64,000 nucleotides of DNA. Origin: the human T2T-CHM13v2.0 reference genome, Homo sapiens. The notes below the pieces were generated by a model. That model made no database searches and was not told the origin of the DNA. It saw only the letters and a list, made by a program, of their open reading frames with translations. Positions within the stretch are counted from its first letter, which is position 1. Every line of letters begins with the position of its first letter. The DNA lies in NCBI GenBank assembly GCA_009914755.4, contig CP068257.2:27840001-27904000 (forward strand), in the 5' to 3' direction. Shown here in pieces: positions 50,471 through 64,000 of this stretch. The position numbers and the translations under genes are program-made.

Positions 50471-53468
50471 TAATGTTATCATTTTGATGTTAGTGCCAGC
50501 CCTTACTGGTTTGCCTAAATCTTGCCTTTACTTCTGTCAATAGTTATTTTAATAAACCCTCTTTATTAATTCCTTAGTGTGTCATGTATTTCATGGCAGG
50601 ACCCTGGATGGAGACTTGTTGATAGGACCAGATACACTCCACATATTGGTATATTTTGGGGCTTTCAGGATACTATAAGCTTAGGACAAAACCTTCCTGC
50701 TCTTTGGAAGTAGGTCACAGCTTATTTGGCTTTGATGTCCTCCAAAAAGGTGTGTTGCAATTTAAAGATGACATTGAACATGAGGCATCCCTATGAGAGC
50801 TTGGAGAAACATCATTTTATATGATTCTTTAGTGTGCAGGTCCTTTGACCACTGAATATTGTATTTTAATTGTGAGCAACATAAGGGAACCTCATGGGTG
50901 CCCATTGTTTCGCTATGATTTTATTTTGAAACAAGCTAGAGAGTCCCTGGAGGTGTTGCTTTCTCTTTGTATTGACTTCTGACTTAATAGTAATAATAGT
51001 AATAATAAAAAAGTAATATTTTGTCAGGCATGACATATGTACCCTTGATAGTCTCACTGATGATATGAGAAAACTGAGGTCCAGAGAGAAGTAAAGAAAC
51101 TTATTCAAGCTCACATGTGTAGTAAGCTGCTGAGCAGAGACTCATCCCAGTTCTATTTAATTTCAAATTCTGAACCTTGAACTTAGTTTCTTCTCCTTCC
51201 CCTTCTAGAATTCCCCCTGTTGATTTTATTTTACTCCTCTTCTCTCTCCCAGAAGCAAACTATAACATCAGAGACTCCACATGTATTAAAGTAGATATCA
51301 GAAGACATATTGAATTTCACTTTGATGACATTGTAGCTTTGAATAGTATTTATTACTTATGGATCCACATAAATCCTATTATAAAAGAAGAATTTTAGTT
51401 CTTTGTTTGCACCTCCATATCAATTTTCCAATTTGTTCTAGGTGGTTGACATTTAGAGTCAGAATCACTGGACTTCCTTGACCAGTGAGCCAAATATGGG
51501 TTCTGGTTGGATTAAGCCAATATGGGGCATGACCAGAGGTCAGAGACTTGGAAAAGAGTGATGTGTTAGTTCATTTTCACACTGCTATAAAGAACTACCT
51601 GATACTGGGTAATTTATAAACAAAAGAGGTTTAATTGACTCACAGTACAGCAGCCTGTACAGGAAGCATGGCTGGAGTGCCCTCAGGAAACATACAATCA
51701 TGGCAGAAGGGCAAAGGGGAAGCAAGTACCTTTTTCACATGGCAAAGCAGGAGAGAGGGAGTGAAGGGGGAAATTGTACATACTTTTAAACAACCAGATC
51801 TCATGGGAAGTCACTATCATGAGAAGCAAGGGGGAAATCCACCCCCATGATCCAATCACCTCCCACCAGGCCCCTCCCTCAACACTGGGGATTACAAATC
51901 AACATGAGATTTGGGTGGGGACACAGAGCCAAATCATATCATTTTACCCCTGGTCCCTCCCAATCTCATGTCTTTCTCACATTTCAAAGCCAATTATGCC
52001 TTTCCAACAGTCTCCCAAAGTCTTAACTCATTCCAGCATTAACTCCAAAGTACAAGTCCAAAATGTCATCTGAGACAAGGGAAGTTCCTTCTGCCTATGA
52101 GGATGTAAAATAAAAAACAATTTAGTTAATTTCAACATAAAATGGGGGTACATGTACTGGGTAAATGCTCCCTTTCCAAAAGGGAGAAATTAGCTAAAAC
52201 AAAGAGGCTACAGGCCCCATGCAATTCCCAAAGCCAGCAGGGCAGTCATTAAATCTTAAAGCTCTAAAATAATCTCCTTTGACTCCACGTCTGACACCCA
52301 GGACACACTGGTGAAAGGGTTGGGCTCCCAAGGCCTTAGGCAGCTCCGCCCCTGTGGTTCTGCAGGGTACAGCCCCTATGCCTGCTTTTACAGGCTGGTG
52401 TTGAGTACCCGTGGCTTTTCCAGGCACACAGTGAAAGCTGTTGATGAATCTACCATTCTGGGGTCTGGAGGACAGTGGCCCCCTTGTCACAGCTCCACTA
52501 GGCAGTGCCCCAGTGGAGACTCTGTGTGAAGGATCCAAACCCATATTTTCCCTCTACACTACCCTAGTAGAAGTTCTCCATGAGGGCTACACCACTGTGC
52601 AGACTTCTGCCTGGACATCCAAGCATTTCCATACATTCTCTGAAATCTAGTCGGAGGCTCTCAAACTTCAGCTCTTGCCTTTTGTGCACCTGCAGGCCCA
52701 ACACCATGTGGAAGTTGCCAAGACTTGGGGCTTGCACCCTCTGAAGTACACAGCCTGAGGTGTACTTTGGCCCCTTTTAGCCATGGCTGGAACTGGAGTA
52801 GCTAGGATGAAGGACACCATGTCCTGAGGCTGCATAGAGCAGGGGTGTCCTGGGCCTGGCCCACAGAATTATTTTTCCCTTATAGGCCTCCAGGCCTGTG
52901 ATAGGAGGGGCTACTGCAAAGGTCTCTGAAATGTCCTGGAAGCATTTCCCCCATTTTCTTGGCTATTAACATTCAGCTCCTTTTCACTTATGCAAATTTC
53001 TGCAGCCAGCTTGAGTTCTTTCCTACAAAATGAGTTTTTATTGTCTGCCACACGGCTGGGCTGCTAATTTTCCAAAATTTTATGCTCTGCTTCCCTTTTA
53101 AATATAAATTTTCTTTGTTTATGCAGATGAGCATAGGCTTCTAGAGACAGCTAGGCCACATCTTAAACACTGCTGCTTAGAAATTTCTTCTGCCGGATAC
53201 CCTAAATCATCTCTGTCAAGCTCAAAGTTTAACAGATCCCCAGAGCAGGGGCACAATGCCAAGTCTCTTTGCTAAAGCATAGCAAGAGTGACTTTTACTC
53301 CAGCTCCCAATAAGTTCCTCATCTTCCTCTGAGACCTCCTCAGCCTGTACTTCATTGTCCATATCACTATCAGCATTTTGTTCAAAACCATCCAACAAAT
53401 CTCTAGGAAAGTTCCAAACTTTCCCTCATCTTCCTGTCTTCTTCTGACCCCTGCAAACTGTTGCATTC

Positions 53469-53516
53469 TCTGCCCATTACCCATTACCCATTCTCTGCCC
53501 ATTACCCATTACCCAG
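53469..53516. repeat. Tandem duplication, 2 x ~23 bp (tctgcccattacccattaccca), inside the THE1 internal region
   Basis: 'tctgcccattacccattacccattctctgcccattacccattacccag'. Confidence 0.85.
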
Positions 53517-53807
53517 TTCCCAAGTTGCTTCCATATATTCAGATATCTTTTAGCAATGCCCTACTTCTCTGGTACCAATTTTCTATATTAGCTCGTTCTC
53601 ACACTGCTGCAAGTAACCACACAAGACTTTGTAACCCATGAAGAAAAGAGGTCTAATTGACTCACAGTTCCAGAATTTGTATAGAACACATGGTTGGGGA
53701 AGCCTCAGGAAACTTGCAATCATGGTGGAAGGGTGAAGGGGAAGCAAGCACCTTCTTCACATGGTAGGGTGGGAGAGAGAGAGTAAAGGGGTAAGTGCTA
53801 CACACTA

Positions 53808-54096
53808 TTTTTTTGAGATGGAGTCTTGCTCTGTTGCCCAGGCTGGAGTGGAGTGGCAGAATCTTGGCTCACTGCAGCCTCTGCCTCCCAGGTTCAAGCA
53901 ATTCTTGTGTCTCAGCCCCCTAAGTAGCTGAGACTACAGGTGCACGCCACCACATCTGGCTAATTTTTGCATTTTTAGTAGAGGCAGGGTTTTGCCATGT
54001 TGGCCAGGCTGGTCTCAAACTCCTGACCTTAGGTGATCCACCCACCTTGGCTTCCCAAAATGCTGGGGTTACAGGTGTGAGCCACTGCACCCACCC
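53808..54096 (-). mobile_element. Alu, antisense, full length, inserted in the MaLR 5' LTR. TSD 'tacacact'.
   Basis: 'tttttttgagatggagtcttgctctgttgcccaggctggagtggagtggcagaatcttggctcactgcagcc..atgctggggttacaggtgtgagccactgcacccacc'. 'ctacacact' precedes and 'cttacacact' follows. Confidence 0.93.
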
Positions 54097-57000
54097 TTAC
54101 ACACTTTTAAACAACCATGTCTTGTGAGAATTCACTCACTATCATGAGAACAGCAAGAGAGAAATCTGTCCCCATGATCCAGTTACCTCCCCCAGGTTCC
54201 TCCCCCTACACTGGGGATTATAATTCAACATGAGATTTGGGTGAGGACACAGAGCCAAACCATATCAAGTAAAATTCATGGTTCCATGAGCTTCATCTCA
54301 TCAGGACCTCATGTTTCCAATGAATGAATTTCTCTACTTCAGGCCATAGCTCCTGTTGGGTGGCCCTTTTTTTTAAGGGAGCCTGAAGATTCTAGTATTT
54401 GTCCCTTCCTCTTGCTCCTTTGTGCTTAGGGCTAGTGACAGATCCCCATTGTTGCTACCCTTGGACCTACCCTCCACTCAGGGAATAGGTCTTCATAACA
54501 CTGCCTCCATTGCCCCATTGACTGTGACAGTGGGTTCTTGCCATGATGTTCAGGTGAGAAAATCGTATGATTTGCCTAAAGTTAAAAAAATGAGTTAATG
54601 AAAGAATAAAACCCAGATTCCAGAATTACTTTTGACTCTTGAAAGAAAGATTGAAGTGGTCTAGCCAACCTTAAAGAATCTCATGGGGAGAAATAAAGTC
54701 AAAAATCTCACCTGAAGACCAACAAACATTCTGCAGTGCTCCAGCCAGCTTCTGAAGTATCTATCTCCTGTCCAGTTCCTTTAAAAGTCTCAGAGAACCA
54801 CCAAAGTAAGCTGAGCTGATGACCTTGGAACTCTTTTAGACAGTCAGCTATAGAGTTGACACCAAATCTTACCCATGGAAAAACAGAGCTTTAATACTAT
54901 TTTGATCATAAATAGATTTCCCCTGTTCTCACTAAAACTCTTCAGTGTTCTAGTTATACTCTCAGTAAAAGAAAGAATCTATTTATCCTTGGCTTAGCGA
55001 AATTACCACCTTTTCATGATTCATAGCTGCATAAATAATTTTTAACCATAAAAGCAATGTGATTTGGATTGAAGATTTTTAGAGCGCAGCTCAGGAATGG
55101 AAAACCTGTTGTCACAGGGCCACAATCTCATTCTCAATACATGTGAGGTGGAAAATGCCACTGTCGCTTCTCTTGATCCTGTGATTAAGGGTAATAATGT
55201 GTCATTTGGAAGATCTGAAGTGAAGAATAATGCACTTGTAAAAATGGTAGTTTGAAAGAAGATATTCATGACGAGCCCCAGCTCTTTCCTCTGATTAAGC
55301 TGTTCATTCTGTGCACATAGCAAAACTGTCCCCATGTGTCCCCATGCTGAAGAATCATGGGTATGGGGTCATCTCAGCTAGTTTGCTGCAGGAGCATCTG
55401 ATGGGGGAGTAAAATGCTCATCTTTCCTGCTTGAACACCTCATATTCTCTTAGACAAATTTGCTTGGAGCTCCCTGAATGTGATTAGTGATGGTGGTTGG
55501 GAGTACATCCTTCCCTCCTCCATAGGGAAAAGCCACCACTCTCCGATAGGTGGATAATGTGGAAGGACTCTCATGCTTGGCCCTTGGTAAATCTCTGCTT
55601 TTGTGGGCTGGGGAGTAGGAAAGGGCAGCAGGAGCATGGTTGCAGTGATGTAGACCTGAAAGATGAACCTGGCTGTGTGTTTTGTGCATTGTTTAGAAAG
55701 TGGGATACTCGAAGCTACCTTGCAATAAAACTGGCTAGGTGCTTGGTAGTTCTTACAGCTCATCTTTTTATCTTAAAGAGGCACAATATTTTAACCATCT
55801 TAGACAAATAAGAACCCCTGTAATCCTTTCAAGGAGGCAGCATTAGTAACCTTTGATAACTGATGTTAACATTTTATCACTACTGTCAGGAGGATCCAAC
55901 ACAGTCCCAATCTATTTCCTTCAGGTTACAGCATAAGCCCCTCCTTTTTCCTTCTCAGTGGCAACAGATCCACCCATGTCTACATGCCAGTCTATCACTC
56001 TTATAAATGTGGAGCTAGCTGCTCCTTAACTCATCCTAGGAACCCACTCTTCTTCCCTTCTCTCCATTCCTCCTTCCTTTCTTCCTTTCTTCTTCTTCTT
56101 CTTTTTTAGTTTATTAGTCCTGAATTTTTGAGTAAATGCATTTTGTGAGTGCATAGGTACTGTGCTAACATGTTATATGATTTTAAGGTATGAGTGAGAC
56201 TTCTATCTTTTATTTCACGAATGACTTCTGAGATATCCAAGGCAAATACAGACACTTCCACCTTAACAGAATCTCCTCAGACATGGATCCTTGCTTGGAA
56301 GATCTGATTTGTTTGTGAGTGTCTGGGAACTTGCAAAGTTTGTTACGTATTTTGGGAGAAAAATCAGATTTGAAAAATATAAAGAGGGAGATAGTGAGGG
56401 AAAATATAAATCCAAGTTCTCTTCAGGAAAATTTCAGAATGGGAGAGGAGAGGGTTGAAGGTTTATATTTGGGAGGTAATTTAATGGCCTTGGTTGGACA
56501 CACTTGTGCAGGTATAACATCTTGCATCGTGTGAACCAGTCACTGGGAGTGGTGGTGGAAAGGCTGATTTAGATGTGAAACAAGAGGCTTATACCAGTTG
56601 CCAACATAAACCAAATAACTTTAATATCAAACCATCTAAAGTCAGATAAAGATCACTGAAGAGACATGGGAAAAAATCAGGGAAAGTTTCATACAGTCAG
56701 TGGCATTTGATGTTGGGTCTTTAAGTCAAGTTTGGATCTGGAGAGATGGAGGTGGGAAGGGAGGGGAGGAAAGATGAAACTTCCACAAAAATGGGAAAAC
56801 ATGAGCCAGGTACACATGGAGATAATGGATTGTTCTGGTTCGATAAAATTAACCTGTTGCATGGCCTCTAATTCTCAGAAGGAAGTTAGAAGGAAATCAT
56901 CCAGGAAATCTGTATGATGAGATCATTAAACATTTCAGTGAAAAATACCCTTGCAATTAATTTCATTTGCAACATGCATGCTTATGAATCACTATATTTG

Positions 57001-58510
57001 TTGGGATGTTATGAAAAGGTCAAAATGAATTATATATTTGTTATGATTAGCTCAACATTCTAGCTGTCATTTGTTATTTTGGTTCCCTTGAGACAATGAA
57101 GACTCAGTTCTTATCCCTACATTGGAGTTTTGAGTGTCATTTTTTTAGAACTTTAATGAAAATGTTTCTTTTATCACTGTAATTTGGTTTATTATGCTTA
57201 ATGCCACCAAATTACTTTTAAATCTTGGCATGGCTTTATTAAAAATGATCTCATTTTAATTTGCTGCTCTAGATACAGAATTCATCATGAAGACAACACA
57301 AACAGCTGCCTCTTCAGAGATGTTCTGAAAGTAGCTTAATGAGAAATCCACAAGTACTGAAGACATTATGAATGCATTCCAAATTCTCTCTAATGTTGGT
57401 TACCTGAAAATCTTTATGTTTTGTGTGTGTGTGCTTTCTTTTCCAGAAATTGCTAGACTTTCCTGGTCTCTGACTGGAGAATTTACCAGTATGTATTTCC
57501 TGTGGGCAGATGGAGATGCAAATCTGAGGAAAACTCAATGACATCCACAATCATGGTCTATAAAAATCAAGTGTCTCAACAAAGCATCAGATTTGAAACG
57601 TTACCTATTTAATTCTAATATTATCAAAGGCAGGGACTATATTTTGTTCAAAATCTGTGGCAGGTGTCTGTGTGGCACTTGCTTAAGGGGTTGTCCATTC
57701 TTTATTCAGTAAGTCTGCATTTATTGTGTACTGTATGCAAGAGGATGAACAATTTATATAGAGTGATTGGAATTTAAAAGGAATATTTGGATTAACCCTT
57801 CTAGAAGTTTATAATCAGCTGGAAGTTTACAATATAATAGTCTCCTATGAGACCGTTGGAAACAGTAAAGTTTGAGACACTCACTGGAATTATCACATCA
57901 TGACATCCATATGACTTGAATGGCTCACTTTAGGAATGAGAAGTAATAAATCAATAGCACAACTATTCCGAAGACTAAGTGGTGGGCACTTTATTTTATT
58001 AAATATTAAGGTTAGAAATGACATTTTCCTACTTAAGCACCTTGGCAATGCACTGGTATGCTTAAATATTGTATCGAGGAAACACTGATGGCTATCTCTC
58101 CATCTATTTTACTAAGTGATGGTGGTAGGCAACTAATTACCCTATGGATAGTTCTTTTAAAATTGAGTCAAAATTTGCATTAAAACAAAAAAAATATTGT
58201 AACATGCCTTAGTTAAGAACCCGTGCTCTGGACTCTGACAGATTGAAGTCAGAATCTTGTTCTTTAACCAACAGGCAGTCTGTCCTTGGGTTAGCTACTA
58301 ATGTCTTCTCTTGCAGTTTCTTTTTGTGTAATGCAGATGATAATGCAGAGTGCCAGCCTCATACACTGAGGCTGAGAGGACACTCGAGATCATGTATGCC
58401 CAGGGTCTCCATAGGTTTGGTCAATGCTACTTGGTCTCTAAGGGTTAGTAGGGAGTGGGGTCTGGTTTTGATGCTGTGGCGGGGCAGGGGGTAGTGTTGT
58501 ACCATTCGCC

Positions 58511-58670
58511 ACTTTATAGTTAAGTGATCTTGGACAAGCTATCTAACCTCTCGGAACCTCAGTTTTTAAAAATATAATATTTACCTTAGGGTTTCTATGA
58601 GCATTACATGAGCAAATGTGAAGGACACGCAAAGCACTTGGATTTAGTACATCCTTGTTAAATGATAGCT
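58511..58670 (+). mobile_element. MIR SINE fragment
   Basis: 'taagtgatcttggacaagctatctaacctctcggaacctcagttttt..tagggtttctatgagcattacatgagcaaatgtgaaggacacgcaaagcacttggatttagtac' resembles the MIR core ('..CTCTCTGAGCCTCAGTTTCCTCATCTGTAAAATGGG..GTTGTGAGGATTAAATGAGTTAATACATGTAAAGCGCTTAGAACAG'). Confidence 0.6.
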
Positions 58671-61600
58671 GAAATTACAGTTGTTAATGTTACCTGATGA
58701 TGTGAGCTTGATAATTTACTGAGAGTGTATCCCAAATGAGACTAAGGCAATGTATTTTCTCTTTTTGTATATAGAAGATACATATACATTTTTATATATG
58801 TATATATTTCTCATAAAGTCCAGATGAAATGTCAAGGTTGGTCTGACTCCTCGGGGTCATCCTGATTACTGTGATGCAGGGTGGAGGTCCCTTGCCTTCT
58901 GTTGGCTCCTTTGGATTGGACCCCTATTTTTTCATCAGTGAAGGTTTCAACTTTATTAGTAGAACTCTGTGGCTGCCAAGAAGAGAAAGCTAGGGACTAA
59001 TGAGTAAAATGTCTTATGATTTATTGTCCAAATCAGGACACTTTTGTGAGAGAAAATAGTGTTTAACCTATAGACCTTGATTTCAGGCTTAATGCCTAAT
59101 GTTCTGGGCAAACTAGAATGTCTGGTTACTCTCCCAAAAAAGAAAAATGGATGGGAAATGGGGAGGGAAAAGAAGGAAGAAGGATACAACTGTAAACAAA
59201 CAAACAAACACATCAGACAATACCTGCACACAAATCCATTTTGAAGTCTCCATTTACCAAGCAGTCTCTCTAAAATGGAAGAAGCTTCTCTAATTGGATA
59301 TTTTGTGGGTAAATCTTAAACACAAGTCTCTCCAGTGCACCTGTGACATGACTAAGAGTGCACTCACCTACAAAGCCAGCCTGCTTGTTTCTGGATTTCT
59401 AGATGTTCACATGTCAGGATGGTTTAATGCTGGTCATTTCACTCCCAAGGCTTATGGGACTTTGAGTTATTACTTGTAAACACAGGAGGTCTGTCTCCAC
59501 TCTGGTGGATTTACTGTTCCTATTTCCCTCTGTTTCTTTCTTCCACACTGTCATTATTTTAAAAATACAGTCTAACCAGAAAAAGTTCCCCTTCCTATAC
59601 AGAACTAGACCTGAACAAAACTGAGAACTTAGTGTACCTTTGAGGTCCCAGCCTCTCCCTTCATTACTTCTTCCACACATCCATAGGAGCTTTCTCCGGA
59701 CATTCCATTACCTTGCTTGCTCTAGCCCTGCATACATTTGTCACTTTTTCCTTTGGACATCCTTGACCAGTTAATGCTTGTTCTCTTCTCATTCTTCTAG
59801 GCTGGAGGCATCAACTAAGCAGATTGTCACTTGGGCTTCCTTCAGTCAATGCTCCAATTTTTACTCAACCATGGCCTCTCTGATGTTGGGGAACATCTGG
59901 TGGGCCATACATTTTAGAAAAGGTAGATTTTATGTTTCTTTAAAAATCCCACTACAAGGATAGCTCCCAGAGCTACCTTTCCCTGAGCTGATGCTGTTAC
60001 CCTTTACATTATTCCTTCTTTGAAACAACAATTTCAGCAGATTCTTGACTAAGAACCCATGTAGTCCTTTTGTTGAAGGCAAAGGGTTAAATTAAAGCCA
60101 TAGCTGCTGAGATAGAGGGGGAAAAAGCTAGTTAGTTCTATTTTATCTTCATCTAGTTTTCTTTAAGCTACTTTCTCCTTATTTCTGTCTTCCTGCAGCT
60201 TCTTTTAGGCTAAGAATAAAAAACTTTGAGCCCTGCACTATATCTCCAACTCTGTGGGGTCTTGCCTTTTCTCCTACAATAAAGATGAAGCCCAGATTCG
60301 AAATCTGAAAGGAGAATAAATCTTAACTGTGAACATCATCTTTCAAAACAGCTGACCTCCATTTGTTTCCCTGAATATCTCACCTGGGCAATCTTTTTCT
60401 TTTAGCACTAAGAAATTGCTGAAGGAAGAAATGTTAAATCTAGTTTTTAATTAACTTCGCCATTGATTTCTACATAACTCTGTATGAGTCACTGTTCTTT
60501 AGTGAAAGGGATGAAAATCTCCAAGGTTAATGGTTGTTACCAGGAATTTTTCTGGACTGGGTTCCAGATACTCTACACTTTCTTCTCTCCTCTGAACTCA
60601 TTAGCTTACTCTCTTCTTCACCCTAAAACACAAAGATGCACACAGAAACGTAGGTACATTTGTATGTGTCAAATGTACTTTCAGAATGAAAATATCAGGG
60701 AGAAAGGAAGGTGATTATGCATTACATTTAATAGTTGACATTAAAAAAGTCCTGTTCTACAGTTTTTCAATATATTTTTAATGAAGTTATTTATAGCAAG
60801 TGTTATATGTATTGAATGAAAATTTAGTTATGTATAAGTGAAGACGAAAGAGGCTGGTGGATCTTAAAATATCCATAAACCAGATTGATATACTATATAT
60901 TTTAGATATTAGAGGTTGATGTACTTCTTTTCTCACAAATTTCTGTAATAGTATGTGAAAAGATAGAGTAATATTTTCTAAAATAAGAGAAAAATTTAAA
61001 AATGGGAGAAAAATATTAGAAAATGTAAAATAGAATGCCTTGGATATAATTTTTAGTGAAGTGAATAAACTTTGTATTTCCTCCTTCTGATATGTTATCA
61101 TTCTAGACCATCTTTAGCTGGTCAGATTCATCATACTCCAATTTATAAATGTTTAATTTAAGTCTTCTAATGCATTTTAATGAACGATTTTCTTCTATTT
61201 GTTGTCAATAAAAATTCTGATTGATATGAAATCTGAATATTGATTACAATCAAGCAAAACCTTTGTCCAATATCTGTTATTGTTATTGCCATTTTTAAGA
61301 TCATTATTTTTCCCTTTCATGTCTGAAAATATTTTTGTACTTTGAAGGACTAGATTAAGTTTCCTAGAGATGTAGAATAATCCTGAAGAAACCAACCAGT
61401 TGTATGAAATACTGACTAATACCTATTTCTTTCCATTATTTCCCAACACAATGAATGCCACCTCAATTTTCCAGTTAAGCTCTCCTCCCACCTCCCTGAA
61501 TCCTGGAATTTTCCTTTGAGACCACTTTCTGAATCCATGGCTGTTCGGATTGTGCTTCAAAATTACCTCCTTCATCTGGTGGTCTCTCTGCTTTTGGTCT

Positions 61601-62038
61601 GGTGCAGTTACTGAAAGAATATTTTGGGTGACCTCCCTCTAGTCTCCCTTCTGGTCTTCTTTCCTTCAATTCTTCCTCTACCCTCAGCCAGAGTGACTGC
61701 TACCTATCAGGCCTATTGGACTTACTTGCATTTTATATTTTAGCTACACCAAACTCATTTTTCCTCTAACATAATAGCCCTATTCTCTCTTATTTCCATG
61801 CCTTCTAATATGCCGCGTCCTCAGCCTGGCTCCTTTCACCTGATAATATCTGAGTGAACCTGCAAATCTTCAGTTAGCTATTCCCTTCTCCAGGAAGCCC
61901 TTCTTGACCCAGCCCCAGGTTAAATACTTCTGAGGGCTCCTTCAGTTTTGGACTTCCTCTGAGGAAGTTCTAATCCTGCTTTGAGTAATATACTGTTTTT
62001 CATCTTTGTTTTATAATTAATTATGTGAGAACAGGGAC

Positions 62039-62398
62039 TGATATGGTTTGGCTGTGTCCCCACCTAAATCTCATCTTGAATTTTAGCTCCCATAATTCCC
62101 ACGTGTTGTAGGAGGAATTTGGCGGGAGATAATTGAATCATGGCGGCGGTTTCCTCCATACTATTCTTGTGGTAGTGAATAATTCTCATGAGATCTGATG
62201 GTTTTATAAGGGGTTTCCTGTTTTGCTTGGCTCTCATTCTCTCTTGCCTGCCACCATGTAAGATGTGCCTTTCACCTTCTGCCATGATTGTGAAGCCTCC
62301 CCAGCCATATGGAACAGTGAGTCCATTAAACCTCTTTTTCTTTATAAATTACCCAGTCTTGGGTATGTCTGTCAGCAGCATGAAAATGAACTAATACA
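62039..62398 (+). mobile_element. THE1-type MaLR LTR, solitary, with 5-bp TSD 'gggac'
   Basis: Starts 'tgatatggtttggctgtgtccccacctaaatctcatcttgaattttagctcccataattcccacgtgttgtaggagg' and ends 'ataaattacccagtcttgggtatgtctgtcagcagcatgaaaatgaactaataca'. 'gggac' immediately precedes (62034-62038) and follows (62399-62403). Confidence 0.88.
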
Positions 62399-64000
62399 GG
62401 GACCATATCTGTTTTCTTCAGTATGGGACCCCCAGAACCTAGAATGGTGCCTAGAATGTGGCGAACACCTTTACTTTTTGAATGTATTTTTGCTTTCTGG
62501 TATCCTTTTCCAGCGCACTTCACTAATGTTCTGAGTATCATTTAAACTATTTATAAAATTAGACTTTAGAACACAAAGATAAATTGGTTCACATAGTAAC
62601 TAGGTAACTTGGTATAAACTAAAAGTAATTTTTAAAACTCAGCCCAAAATGACTATGTTTGTCTAAACCAATAAGAAGAATTTTCAAAATAGCAAACTGC
62701 ACAACTGACGACATACAGCAAACACACCTTTGCCAATGGGAGCAAGTAATGGGGAACAAACCAAGCTCAACTTGTTCTGGAAAAAAACCCTGTTGTTTTA
62801 TTATTATTTAGAAAGCACACACAACAATTTATTGGGGAAAAAGAAAAAATGCAAAATAATTGAGCATACAAATTTATTTTAAAAGAACTGGTGTCACTTC
62901 CCAAGTCATATCTATGTGAGCTTTTTAAACTTTTGTATTTCTTATATCTGTATTCATAATCAGAGTTATGGATATAGATATATGGAAACACATCACACAC
63001 TCCTCAGAAATCCTTTCTCCAAAAATCTGTAGGGAATGCATCCTTTTTCTTCCTACAGGCGTTTCCTTGGATCACGCCACAGTCTCTTTTCTCTGAGTTC
63101 GTCTCTGATGACAAGTAAGGATACTTGTGAAGGAAGATTTCCCCTTAGTTCTTGACTTTTTCTTTATTTTTTTCTGATTCTTCAGTGAGATTCCCAGTTC
63201 TTCCATGATAGCGTTGAAAGAGAGACACTAGGGAACATGAGATACAGACCATCAGCTTAATTAAGCCTATCGCATGTGCCGTTGACCTGCCTCTTGCCTA
63301 GGTATTTATGAACACAAGATATTGGCTTGAAGGCAGCTCTGTCACAATTGGCCAGTTCCCATCACCTCCTCCTCCACCCACTGGCCACCCACCTTTTCTA
63401 ATCGGGGAAACTGAGATGGCAAGTTAGCTGGGCAAACTTTGGGATTTCATTCACAAATGCAGTAGTATAAAACTACCCAGTTAAAGCAAACTCAGGGCTC
63501 TCAAAATAGATAACTTACCTTTGCTGAGACACCAAAATAGAGTTAAATTAAGTCATTTCCCCCACTGAGATGATCCAAACATTGATAGGATTATCAAGGC
63601 ATACGGACACTTCAGTAATGCTATAGAAAATGAACAAACCTTCTCTACACCAAGGCTTTGTTTTTTTCTCCCATGAAACCTTACTTTGTTCCTAAAATAA
63701 AATCTAATTCTTGATGACTTTCCTTTCTGATAAAAAAAAAAGAAAAAAAAACAATTTTAAATTGTACATTTTCTCCAAAAAACAGAGATTCTGGCAGCAG
63801 CAATGATGCAGCTGTGGTCGAAATGAAAAATAATGTGGTACTGAACTTCACAGCAAAAACGATGGCATAATACAAAAGAAAATGGAAAACGGAATTATGA
63901 TTAAAAAATGTTCTACATATACAGACAATATATATAATCTGCATTGCAATTATGCTCTATCTGTTCACATGCATAGTACATAAATGGACCAATAAAACAT

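Larger units (their letters stand above)
51562..54267 (-). mobile_element. Near full-length THE1-class ERVL-MaLR element (antisense). Layout: 3' LTR 51562-51941, internal region 51942-53583 (~1.64 kb), 5' LTR 53584-54267. The 5' LTR is interrupted by an Alu at 53808-54096.
   Basis: Both LTRs start 't(g/a)t(g/a)ttag(t/c)tc(a/g)ttttcacactgct(a/g)..gaggtttaattgactcacagt' and end '..caacatgagatttgggtg(g/a)ggacacagagccaaa(t/c)catatca'. The spacing and the ~1.6-kb non-coding internal region match the THE1 structure. The inserted Alu is full length and antisense, with a 'tacacact' TSD. Confidence 0.8.

Noticed and set aside
52194-52544. 116-aa ORF (and overlapping + strand ORFs) in a GC-richer patch
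   Set aside because: It is inside the internal region of the THE1-class element 51562-54267. MaLR internal regions are non-coding remnants with no gag/pol. No homology to any protein family is evident.
53469-53516. Short direct repeats that might superficially suggest an array (also 8131-8173, 25187-25222, 55328-55347)
   Set aside because: Each is a single two-copy tandem duplication of 11-23 bp with no regular repeat-spacer architecture. This is eukaryotic DNA and CRISPR does not apply. They are replication-slippage micro-duplications.

Overview
This window reads as ordinary primate (almost certainly human) nuclear DNA, not a prokaryotic or gene-dense locus. I could not support any protein-coding exon, rRNA or tRNA gene, CRISPR array or CpG island from the sequence. 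Most six-frame ORFs fall inside transposon copies (Alu, THE1/MaLR LTRs, L1) or are short random frames in CT- or AT-rich DNA. What I can support directly is a dense interspersed-repeat landscape, roughly 40 % GC overall. There are about 15 Alu elements, including AluY/AluS-like copies with intact target-site duplications, so the sequence comes from an Old-World primate. There are several ERVL-MaLR LTRs of the THE1/MST type and one near-complete 2.7-kb proviral-like element (LTR–internal–LTR) carrying an Alu in one LTR. Copies of two other ancient LTR-like families are present. L1 internal fragments, MIR fragments and several microsatellites and homopolymers complete the picture: (GC)n(AC)n, (GT)n, (CA)n(GA)n, (TA)n, (AAAT)n and T-runs. 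The less ordinary observations are these: (i) a ~250-bp, ~99 %-identical copy of sequence from ~900 bp upstream, inserted inside an Alu, with a 15-bp junctional tandem duplication; (ii) long stretches free of Alu, L1 and LTR copies, with clustered TAAT-type motifs and a perfect octamer ATGCAAAT, which resemble conserved non-coding regulatory elements; (iii) a pair of ~190-bp direct repeats ~3 kb apart, more similar to each other than expected for independent old L1 fragments. No previously undescribed 'system' in the prokaryotic sense is identifiable. The family names given for the older repeats are from memory of consensus sequences and need to be confirmed with RepeatMasker/Dfam.
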